From: a virus
Lineage: Duplodnaviria > Caudoviricetes
DNA length: 25,676 nucleotides
Direction: 5' to 3' (one strand)
IMG/VR virus record: IMGVR_UViG_3300032277_000070
Location: 1 to 25,676 of that record
The notes under the pieces are model-generated. The model had not been told where the DNA came from and did no database searches. It saw nothing but the letters and a program-made list of their open reading frames with translations. Positions 18,266-25,676 of the stretch are shown here, piece after piece. The translations under genes were made by a program, and so were the position numbers. Within the stretch, counting starts at the first letter, position 1; each line of letters opens with the position of its first letter.

Positions 18266-20982
18266 TAGATCTTAATATTTTTGAAGAAACCTTGTTGAGC
18301 TTTGTAGTTTTTCAAGACCTCTCCATTATCTAGGGGTCTAGAGTAAAACTTTAGGCTACCAACATGTCCACGAAGCCCACTTGTAATACCGCCTCGATCT
18401 CCACCCATGAAGTTGCCATTTTTATACATACCATCCGTATAACCTCCCCCCACAATCCAAGGGCTATAGAAAGTGTTTAATAAGGGACCTTGTTTTAGGA
18501 TATCAGGACCATCGACAGTATCGGTCGAGTATTCGAAGCTATTGGCTTTCTTGAAGTTAGGTAAGTTAGGGGGAACTCCTTCCTGCGATCCAAACACTGC
18601 GGTTACAGAAGAGGTTGCCACAAGGGATCCATCTGCAAACATTTTGATAACATTGTTAACGGGATCACACGATATGTCGATTAAAACGAATTGTGATGAC
18701 ACGTTTCCGAAATCTGTCGCTGAAAGGTCTACTTTCATCTTATGGAACGAGGGATAACGCTGGCAATCATCACTATTAATCCAAGAAGCCGATGATGCAT
18801 CTCTAGATTGCGTAGGGGCTATGAAAAAACTCAATGATGATACTGGATCATTATCATGATTACTGTTACTATATCCTGATAAACCTAATCCATATCCTGC
18901 CTCTGTAATTCTCCTATCTCTAGTAAAGCCGCAAACCATACCTCTCACAAACTCATCCCCTTTATCATTTCTTAGATAATCTAAATCTTTCTCAGGGGCA
19001 AGAGGGCAAGGACCAGAAACATCGGATTTACCTACATTTTCACTAGCTAAAAGAACCTTCGTTAATGAAGAAGCTGTAGCACTTAACCATCCCACACCTC
19101 CGTCCATGATATTAGGAACATGAGCCCAACATTCTAATGTAAATCCTGTAGACGAGTAAGTTAGGTTCTGATATTCTTTAGTGTCAGGAAGCTTGACATA
19201 CGATCCTAACGCAGAAGCAGCTAAAGGATCACTAGATTTATTTTGAACAATTCCACCTAAGTAAGGAATTCCTAAACCAGAAACAAATATGTCCTTTTTA
19301 GAAGCTCCCACCATTTGGGCGTTATTATACATATTCTCTGTAGCGCAATTTGTTACTGGGAAGGATAGCGACGAAGGAAGCTCTAACTTAGTTTCTAAGA
19401 AGTTGTAAATTGCAAACAAACCATCATAAACCACTTGGTCATTTAAAGATAATACCGTACCTGCTTGAGTAGAGGATGGGGAGTATAAGATACTACCTTT
19501 TCCAACCGTAGGAACCCTTAACTGATCAAAAGTTAACGAGGGAGGTTTAGCACTCGTTCCTGCAAACTTAGCGTCGATAGGTAACACTATACCTACAACA
19601 TCAGCTTGATTAAATATCAAAGCATTCTGTTTTTCTAAATCTACTTCTAAGTTATAGTCCGCTAGGTAAGAGAAATCATTGATAGGGATTTCCCCTGGGG
19701 AGAACTTAGGTTGGGTTTCCTCTCCGTAAATCTGAGGAGCCTTAACAGCAACCTCAATCTGTTTCTTTCTCCTGTTAATTTTACTATTATGATTAGCAAT
19801 ATCAGAGATAATTAAATTTCTTTGATTTGTTACAATCGAGGAATCTTCTCCAAACTCAGCAATAAATGAAGTTAAATCTGAAGATAAATCATATACATTT
19901 TTATCCCTTTGTTGCTTTAAGACAGAGAGGAAGTGGTCTTCGTTATAGTAATGCTGGAGTCCTATACTATCATCAATTCGGGTAGGATCAAAAATATTAT
20001 CGGAGAACTTGTTTAAAGATTCAATAGAGATAGCTTGGCCCTTACCACCTAAGTTAGGATCATAATCATACTTCCACTTATCCCCAATAGGTACAATCCC
20101 AGAGATAGCCAAGAACACAGGATCTAATCCTCCTGTTTGGGAGTCGTAATACAAGCCATCGGACGTTAACACATACTGTCCCGCAGCAGTCTCAGGGGGT
20201 CCGTAAGTTAGTCGGAACACTTCTTTTTCATCTGCCCCCACGGATGGGTCTGTGGGAGAGCATCTCTTAAAAGTAGTATTCTCTAAGAACGGATCTAATT
20301 CAGAAGAATTTAACAAACAGGGTTCCAGCGAAGGATCTAATTCTCTGGCTCTAAGAATATTATTAATTTCAATAATAGTAGCATTACACTTCTTTACAAA
20401 ATCATTAGCTTGTTTTAGTTTAGTAGAATCTCCTGCATAAGTGGCTTGAAAAAGCTCTTCCTGTTCAGAGGGAGAAAGTTTAGCCTTCTCTGATGAAGAA
20501 TTTCCCGATTGGAATTTTTGCATAGTGCTAAACTTATCTAAACAATCGGTTATGGAGTCTATCTGGTCTGTAATATTGTTATAGTTTTCATAAATTTGAG
20601 CGCCGAAAGATACTGCGTATTGAAAAGCCCCTAGTATACCAGCAAGATCGTTATTAGCCTCTGTATCATCATTATCAATTCCCTGCCAGGAAGTGTCAGA
20701 CATAAATTTAAAAACTCCATTTTCCGTATCAAACTCAATAATGCCTGTGCCAAGTGAAAGCTTTTTAAGTACTTCCTTGGTTATTTCATTTGCCTTAGCT
20801 TTACCTTGGGAAATGTTGGATTGAATTCCAGTCAGTAAAGAACTGGGGAGTAGGTTGAGAGCCCCCGCTGCCATGTTTAACATACAGCTAGGCACTCCAA
20901 AGGACATACCCAAAGCCTGAACAGCACCAGTACCTGTTTTCCCTTGAACCTTTAAAAATGTGTCTAAATCAAATGATGCCAT
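18265..20982 (-). CDS. Hypothetical virion protein with helical N-terminal half and C-terminal LamG/concanavalin-like domain
   Basis: 905 aa. GFTLECWAHVP, IKMFADGSLV, WIVGGG and LRGHVGSLKFYSRPLDNGEVLKNY match the LamG-like jelly-roll pattern (FTxxxW...YxxG...GxxxxxxxYxRxLxxxEV). TAAGAGG lies 5 nt before the ATG. Confidence 0.7.
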   Translation of the reverse strand: MASFDLDTFLKVQGKTGTGAVQALGMSFGVPSCMLNMAAGALNLLPSSLLTGIQSNISQGKAKANEITKEVLKKLSLGTGIIEFDTENGVFKFMSDTSWQGIDNDDTEANNDLAGILGAFQYAVSFGAQIYENYNNITDQIDSITDCLDKFSTMQKFQSGNSSSEKAKLSPSEQEELFQATYAGDSTKLKQANDFVKKCNATIIEINNILRARELDPSLEPCLLNSSELDPFLENTTFKRCSPTDPSVGADEKEVFRLTYGPPETAAGQYVLTSDGLYYDSQTGGLDPVFLAISGIVPIGDKWKYDYDPNLGGKGQAISIESLNKFSDNIFDPTRIDDSIGLQHYYNEDHFLSVLKQQRDKNVYDLSSDLTSFIAEFGEDSSIVTNQRNLIISDIANHNSKINRRKKQIEVAVKAPQIYGEETQPKFSPGEIPINDFSYLADYNLEVDLEKQNALIFNQADVVGIVLPIDAKFAGTSAKPPSLTFDQLRVPTVGKGSILYSPSSTQAGTVLSLNDQVVYDGLFAIYNFLETKLELPSSLSFPVTNCATENMYNNAQMVGASKKDIFVSGLGIPYLGGIVQNKSSDPLAASALGSYVKLPDTKEYQNLTYSSTGFTLECWAHVPNIMDGGVGWLSATASSLTKVLLASENVGKSDVSGPCPLAPEKDLDYLRNDKGDEFVRGMVCGFTRDRRITEAGYGLGLSGYSNSNHDNDPVSSLSFFIAPTQSRDASSASWINSDDCQRYPSFHKMKVDLSATDFGNVSSQFVLIDISCDPVNNVIKMFADGSLVATSSVTAVFGSQEGVPPNLPNFKKANSFEYSTDTVDGPDILKQGPLLNTFYSPWIVGGGYTDGMYKNGNFMGGDRGGITSGLRGHVGSLKFYSRPLDNGEVLKNYKAQQGFFKNIKI

Positions 20983-20987
20983 AATTG

Positions 20988-20994
20988 CCTCTTA
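20988..20994 (-). promoter_or_regulatory. Shine-Dalgarno site for the 905-aa gene
   Basis: Minus strand reads TAAGAGG-CAATT-ATG; it overlaps the stop codon of the spike gene. Confidence 0.55.
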
Positions 20995-22107
20995 GTATGT
21001 AGTTATCCCATCGTTTCCATAGTAACTTTCTGTATTTCCGATATTTGGATCCGCGAATTCGGCTCCATCCTCATTTAATCGAATTTCATTACCGTCTGCG
21101 TATACAGTTTCCCCACTTCTCAAGCTTAGGTCCTGGTCTGAATGAAGATTAATTGTCCCTCCTGCCTTCATATTAATATCGCGGGTAGCATTAATCCCTA
21201 TAAACTCTGCTGAAATGTCTAACTTACCCTTTGTCTTAATACGGATAGCCCCACCTTCCCCATTAGTTTGAATTTCAATCACCTGGTTATTTCCACTTTC
21301 ATTAAGACATTCAATAAATATTCTTCCTTCATCAGCTTTGGTAAATATATTAACATCTTTTTTATAACTTTGAATATTAACATTACCACACGGACCTCCT
21401 GCATCTCCCCAATCCTCTCCATGCCCCTTATTGAGTAGCTGAAGTTCTCTACCTCCTTCTCCAACTAAGATATCGGTTTGTGATCCGGTGTTGAGATATT
21501 TTTGGGGTCCTAGCGTCTGTATTTGGACTGCTGAGTCTGGAATATCCCCGCGTTCGGGGGAATTGGACACAGTAATCTTCGAATTGTTTCCTGAATCAAT
21601 AGTAATGGCATCAACTGCGGGACTGTCGTCCAAAGTAATTCTTTTATTCGTCGATGATTTAATTTCAACATTACTAGTTATAAACCCTGTACTATCTTCG
21701 CCTGAGTTACCTTCGTCGGTAATAATCACTCCTGCGTCATGCGCGTTTTTGAATGTCGATTGCGCGGGAGTACCTGTGGCACGGTACATCTTAGGGAGGA
21801 TCCGCTCTAAAGGTGAACAATGATCCTTTATTTTCTCACCCTCTACTTGATTTCGTTCTTTGTCAAAGGTAGTTCCTAAGTAATACCAGCCTGACGTAGA
21901 TCCACTAGGTTTACATACTAAAATAGTAGTCCCTACTGAGGGTATAGCCACAAATCCTCCTTCCCCCAGCGTACCATAAGGACTTACATAATTAATAGAT
22001 ATTTCTGAATTACCTTCATGGTGAACCATAGCTGTAAAAGAGCCATTCCTGGTTGGGTCAACTACGCTCCTTACTTCGGCTAGTGATATTATTTGCTCAC
22101 TCATCAT
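20992..22107 (-). CDS. Baseplate central spike, gp5/gpV-like (OB-fold plus beta-strand repeat shaft)
   Basis: 371 aa. YVSPYGTLGEGGFVAIPSVGTTILVCKPSG...WYYLG matches the gp5/gpV OB-fold GxxxxPxxGxxVxV...LG motif. The C-terminal half is short repeated strands (IRIKTKGKLDISAEFIGINATRDINMKAGGTINLHSDQDLSLRSG...GNEIRLN). The start may be the second ATG at 22104. Confidence 0.8.
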   Translation of the reverse strand: MMSEQIISLAEVRSVVDPTRNGSFTAMVHHEGNSEISINYVSPYGTLGEGGFVAIPSVGTTILVCKPSGSTSGWYYLGTTFDKERNQVEGEKIKDHCSPLERILPKMYRATGTPAQSTFKNAHDAGVIITDEGNSGEDSTGFITSNVEIKSSTNKRITLDDSPAVDAITIDSGNNSKITVSNSPERGDIPDSAVQIQTLGPQKYLNTGSQTDILVGEGGRELQLLNKGHGEDWGDAGGPCGNVNIQSYKKDVNIFTKADEGRIFIECLNESGNNQVIEIQTNGEGGAIRIKTKGKLDISAEFIGINATRDINMKAGGTINLHSDQDLSLRSGETVYADGNEIRLNEDGAEFADPNIGNTESYYGNDGITTY

Positions 22108-24685
22108 TATCCTCCTCTTTCTTGGTACTGGTATTTATTATAGTCTTTGCTAAACTGAATCTCGATTCAGATTTAGAAGGGCTAATTATGTGGGTAAATC
22201 CTAATATTTTGTATTGTCCACTAAAGAATTTATTCATTAAGGTTCTGTCTGGTTTATGTGTTTGAGAAATGTTATTGTCCTGAGCAAATAACAAACAAGG
22301 TGATTGTATATCCCAAGTGTTTGATAAGTAAAAAGATGGAAGAGTAGTAATTTCCAACATAAGAGCTTTTTGGTACATTTGTACAGCCATATCGTTCAAA
22401 AGAGATTGAGGATTCCCGTCTGCAAATTGACCAACTTCAATAACTTTTCCCCCTTCAAAGTTGTTACCTTTTTCAATCTCTTGTAACATAGAGTTTATAA
22501 AATTCGCCTCGTCCCCTGGATTGATATCGGTTATTTCTTTTTTCAGGTCTGGACTTAAACGCCTTGCGATAGCGTTAGCTGCTTCTTGTCTTTCCTCATC
22601 CCCTTGACTTGTAGCTAGGTTATTTTTGAGGGCGTAAGCTGCGGCTCCTCCTTGAGTTCTAATAGGAAAAGAACCTATTCCTACTGGTAATACACCTTCT
22701 GTCACAAGCGCGGCTCTATTACTTACTACTTTTTGAAACCCGTTAAGTATCTGCTGTAAATATATTGGTCCAAACTTAGATTTTATATCTGTAACATTTG
22801 GATTTGAAGTATTAAACCTAAAGACACTAATCCCTTCCTCTTCTATAAAAGTAGTATATGCATCTTTAAGCTCTTCCTCATAAGAAAACTCATCGGGCAT
22901 GTCTGAAATATTCCCAAACCCTGCTGATCCTTTATTAGGAAAAATCGTTAACTCCCTTATGCCTCGTCGATAATCTTCGTCAAGTAATATTGAATCTAGA
23001 GGGTGGATAGGTAGTGCTAATAAAGAATCTATGTGCTTATCTTTGGAAGCTTGGTTTAACCCAGTCTCTAAGCCTGAAGTATCAAATTTTATTATTCCCT
23101 TTGCTCCTAATATTTTACTTGCTATCTCTTGACCTTTAAACCCAGCAGCCTCTAGTTTAAGTTTACTTTCTTTCTCTTGAGCTTTTTTTGCGCTCTTTTT
23201 AGCATATAAATAACTACGGATAAGATTTTGATCTCCAACAATAATTGCTTCTTTATTAGTTTTAAACGTATTATATCCCCCAAAAGTAGGATACTTATTT
23301 AATTTCGAATCACTCCAATAGTCTAAAACTTTTGTATCCGTTTCATTAAAAACAGTATACTGTATTTGATAATCTTCTTTTGAATTCTCTAAAATTCTAT
23401 CAATTACATATGTAATAGCTTCATTATGTTTAGGTATTCCTTTATTCGTGGCGATATTTAGGACAGCAAAAAACTGATGATCTTTATACCTTTTTTCATA
23501 CTGTACTTTTGGGGGCGCTCCATACCCACGACGGTACGCGAGTTCGTCGCTTGAAATAGTCTTGTTCGAGTCCACCGGAGGCACAACTAAGTCTAAACCT
23601 AATCCGTTAAGAAACTCCCTGAGAAATAATTCCTTTTCCCCAATCTTAGTTTCTTTATTCATAAATTCAAGCCTTGCTTTTAATTCTGGGTCAGAACAAT
23701 CCCTATATTTGTCAATACTATTTACATAATTTCTACAAATAACATTAAGATTTGGCAATAAAACAATAACATTTTTATTATTTGTTGCTTTTTGGATGTA
23801 ATTTCTTAAAGCATCTACTACTATTGAATGAAGGTCAAAATCTCCCAAACGGCTTACTAGTGAATTATTACCTAACTTTTTAAAAGAATCTTTTATTGAA
23901 GCATCTTGATCATCGCCATAGTTTCCCAACTGAGAGTAAGGGGCAAGGTCCGTAGGATTATACGCAGATGTTCCAGCTAAAAGATTAAGAAATTTTATTT
24001 CCTTGGATTCCCCTATAACCCGCATCGTCATTCCAGCTAAATCTAAATCCACCTCTTCATTGTACGCACCTCGTCGTTGACTGGTTTGTATTGGGTCGGG
24101 AGTGGGTTGGAGTACAAGGCTAATTTTCCTAGCACCTTTTAAATCAATAGTAGCATTCACTAAATTAACTCTATGCGGACCAGACCATAGATCTAAATTA
24201 TTTCCAGACCCGTATGCAACATATATAATTTTGTTTGCTATTGTTTTTTGGTACTTAGTTTTGAACTCATCAAAAAACTGATCATCATATAAAGATCTGG
24301 AGTTTTCCATATCCTTTCGAATCTTTTTCAAAAGCTGTCCAGTAGCTTCGGGAGGACCACCGCCATTCTGACTGGCATACTCATCATCGTTATAAGCGAA
24401 TCCTGCAATGTTACTTATAATATTGTCACTTGCGAAACGCTTTTCTAACTCACCTTTAGGATCAATAAGAGTTAGTTCCATTATGGATCCTTTGCTCATT
24501 CCAAAAGTATGAGTAAAGGATATAAAGTTGGGATTTGATTGGCTATCAAAAAGAAGCGCATCCCCCTCTGCCCCCGAAACAGTTAAACCTTGAATTAAAT
24601 TTTTATATGTAGCTCCCGCTGTAAAGAGCCTATCCATAACCTCTTTATTAAATCCAATTATTATATTAGCTGTCGGGACTCTCAT
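22097..24685 (-). CDS. Putative baseplate hub protein (T4 gp27 / P2 gpD / Mu gp44-like), enlarged
   Basis: 862 aa, between the LysM-like gene and the spike. C-terminal LMLEITTLP...FFSGQYKILGFTHIISPSKSESRFSLAK matches the SGxYxIxxxxHxI end motif of hub proteins. N-terminal FISFTHTFG...MELTLIDPKG fits the first beta-barrel. Confidence 0.65.
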   Translation of the reverse strand: MRVPTANIIIGFNKEVMDRLFTAGATYKNLIQGLTVSGAEGDALLFDSQSNPNFISFTHTFGMSKGSIMELTLIDPKGELEKRFASDNIISNIAGFAYNDDEYASQNGGGPPEATGQLLKKIRKDMENSRSLYDDQFFDEFKTKYQKTIANKIIYVAYGSGNNLDLWSGPHRVNLVNATIDLKGARKISLVLQPTPDPIQTSQRRGAYNEEVDLDLAGMTMRVIGESKEIKFLNLLAGTSAYNPTDLAPYSQLGNYGDDQDASIKDSFKKLGNNSLVSRLGDFDLHSIVVDALRNYIQKATNNKNVIVLLPNLNVICRNYVNSIDKYRDCSDPELKARLEFMNKETKIGEKELFLREFLNGLGLDLVVPPVDSNKTISSDELAYRRGYGAPPKVQYEKRYKDHQFFAVLNIATNKGIPKHNEAITYVIDRILENSKEDYQIQYTVFNETDTKVLDYWSDSKLNKYPTFGGYNTFKTNKEAIIVGDQNLIRSYLYAKKSAKKAQEKESKLKLEAAGFKGQEIASKILGAKGIIKFDTSGLETGLNQASKDKHIDSLLALPIHPLDSILLDEDYRRGIRELTIFPNKGSAGFGNISDMPDEFSYEEELKDAYTTFIEEEGISVFRFNTSNPNVTDIKSKFGPIYLQQILNGFQKVVSNRAALVTEGVLPVGIGSFPIRTQGGAAAYALKNNLATSQGDEERQEAANAIARRLSPDLKKEITDINPGDEANFINSMLQEIEKGNNFEGGKVIEVGQFADGNPQSLLNDMAVQMYQKALMLEITTLPSFYLSNTWDIQSPCLLFAQDNNISQTHKPDRTLMNKFFSGQYKILGFTHIISPSKSESRFSLAKTIINTSTKKEEDNDE
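22111..22117 (-). promoter_or_regulatory. Strong Shine-Dalgarno site for the spike gene
   Basis: Minus strand reads GAGGAGG-ATA-ATG-ATG inside the 3' end of the hub gene; the spacing favours ATG 22104. Confidence 0.6.
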
Positions 24686-24990
24686 GTAATCTTAGGGATT
24701 AAAATCTTATCGTTTAGATTAAACCCTTCATTTGGATCAGAAATACTATTAACCAGCATAAGGAGCCACCAGTTCTTAGGTGTTCCATAGAAAATATTTG
24801 ATATTAAATCAGGACGATGTTCATAGCCGTTAGGAACATACCCTACTTCGTACTCATACGCTGAATCCAAATTAGAAAGAATTGAGTCAAATTGAGGTGT
24901 GTTTAGTGTAGTTGTAGTAATTACATTTCTATGAGATACCTCATTTACACCTAAACTATAAGGTCCTCTCTTTTTTCCTAATGATTTCAT
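24682..24990 (-). CDS. Baseplate wedge protein, T4 gp53 / P2 gpX LysM-like (102 aa)
   Basis: YVPNGYEHRPDLISNIFYGTPKNWWLLMLVNSISDP...ILIP is the RPDxISxxxYGxxxxWWxxxxxN signature. Start revised from 25056 to ATG 24990 (MKSLGKK), which gives an ATGA overlap with the upstream stop. Confidence 0.85.
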   Translation of the reverse strand: MKSLGKKRGPYSLGVNEVSHRNVITTTTLNTPQFDSILSNLDSAYEYEVGYVPNGYEHRPDLISNIFYGTPKNWWLLMLVNSISDPNEGFNLNDKILIPKIT

Positions 24991-25676
24991 GATAAGTAGA
25001 GTCCTCCAGAGCCTGGGTCCATACTGCGTGTATCTCCATTCACTACAGCTTCCCACCCAGCAAGGTTATCCTGTTGGGTAATACTTTTTGTATTAAATTT
25101 CCCAAAGTCCCCAGTTCTAATTTCTTCTAAATTCATAGTTATGTTAAGTTGGCGAGGGAGGAGTGTATTTATATCATACCCTGCTGCTTCATTATAGCTT
25201 ATTGAATAGTCTGTGCAAATGCAAGGAATGTCTTGATAGAGAATACCATGACGTAAACGAATAGTTGGTGGTCCATAAATTGGATTATCCGCATTGTTAA
25301 CTACACTAGATCTAATTATATTTGTCCAATAAATTATTAGATCAATAATGCGATACTGTAGTTGCGTATTCTCATTATTTTTCAGATCCTCTTCTGCTTT
25401 CTGTTCGGCCTTATCTTGATTAGCTTGTCCTTCTGTTATTTGAACCTCTGCTGCCCCTTTTCCTGCCAAAGTATTTGCGCCAATGGCAAGCCCACCAGCT
25501 ATACCGTACTTTTTAAGTAGGTTTCCATTCTGGATAGTATCCATTGCTCCCGTAATCTGATCATTTAATAAAACTTGTTTTGCACTTGCAAAAGCTAACT
25601 CTTTAGTATAGTGAGTACCTAACTTAAATGCCATCCCATTTACTGCATCATTTGCTTTGTAAGGTTTTCTAAATTT
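24987..25676 (-). CDS. Putative tail-tube initiator / baseplate-tube junction protein (gp48/gp54- or CIS Afp7/Pvc7-like), 5' end probably outside the window
   Basis: The frame is open upstream of ATG 25634 to the window edge (KFRKPYKANDAVNG-M). YGPPTIRLRHGILYQDIPCICTDYSISYN...LLPRQLNITMNLEE resembles the C-terminal half of tube-fold initiator proteins. It immediately precedes the LysM-like gene. Confidence 0.55.
   Translation of the reverse strand, partial: KFRKPYKANDAVNGMAFKLGTHYTKELAFASAKQVLLNDQITGAMDTIQNGNLLKKYGIAGGLAIGANTLAGKGAAEVQITEGQANQDKAEQKAEEDLKNNENTQLQYRIIDLIIYWTNIIRSSVVNNADNPIYGPPTIRLRHGILYQDIPCICTDYSISYNEAAGYDINTLLPRQLNITMNLEEIRTGDFGKFNTKSITQQDNLAGWEAVVNGDTRSMDPGSGGLYLS

Noticed and set aside
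4531-21464. Short alternative-frame minus-strand ORFs (4531..4734, 6192..6383, 16901..17089, 21279..21464)
   Set aside because: Nested inside intact longer genes, about 60-67 aa, with no motif or frameshift evidence.
693-22265. Short plus-strand ORFs in the track (693..965, 2505..2783, 2903..3181, 2946..3209, 3404..3709, 6964..7179, 8861..9157, 10624..10818, 11963..12322, 17143..17367, 17808..18014, 18033..18254, 18473..18757, 20252..20440, 21488..21823, 22053..22265)
   Set aside because: All lie antisense to long minus-strand genes and show no recognisable motifs; consistent with shadow ORFs.
1-25676. Bacterial T6SS or chromosomal eCIS/tailocin interpretation
   Set aside because: No TssJ/L/M, ClpV or Afp15-like ATPase and no host genes in the window. 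Hub and spike are separate genes rather than a fused VgrG, and gp6 looks T4-like. A phage is more parsimonious, but eCIS cannot be formally excluded without flanking sequence.
1-25676. Alternative genetic code (stop-codon reassignment)
   Set aside because: Standard code gives near-complete coding density, and TAA, TGA and TAG all end genes at tight junctions.
1-25676. CRISPR array, tRNA, rRNA or IS element
   Set aside because: Almost no non-coding space, and no spaced direct repeats, cloverleaf motifs or transposase motifs seen by eye.

Overview
The window is one dense, co-oriented (minus-strand) block of virion structural genes. It is best read as the baseplate and tail-appendage module of a large, AT-rich contractile-tailed (myovirus-type) phage. 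In transcription order (right to left): a 5'-truncated tube-initiator-like gene; a gp53/LysM-like wedge protein; an 862-aa gp27-like hub; a gp5/gpV-like OB-fold spike; a 905-aa unknown protein with a C-terminal LamG-like domain; gp25; gp6; a 1723-aa gp7/P2-gpI-like protein; two paralogous collar/fibre-anchor-like proteins; a 1186-aa beta-helix tailspike-like protein; an 825-aa fibre-like protein; an 853-aa Pro/Gly/Cys-rich orphan; a small acidic CxxC protein; and a 3'-truncated ORF. Nearly all genes are coupled through TAATG or ATGA overlaps. I saw no RNA genes, CRISPR array, mobile element or recoding. The most interesting signals are a baseplate apparently carrying several glycan-binding folds (LamG-like protein after the spike, a jelly-roll module inserted in the gp7-like protein, a beta-helix spike), short motifs shared between otherwise unrelated proteins, and a synonymous GC-rich patch. 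All family assignments come from motif recognition by eye, not from database searches.
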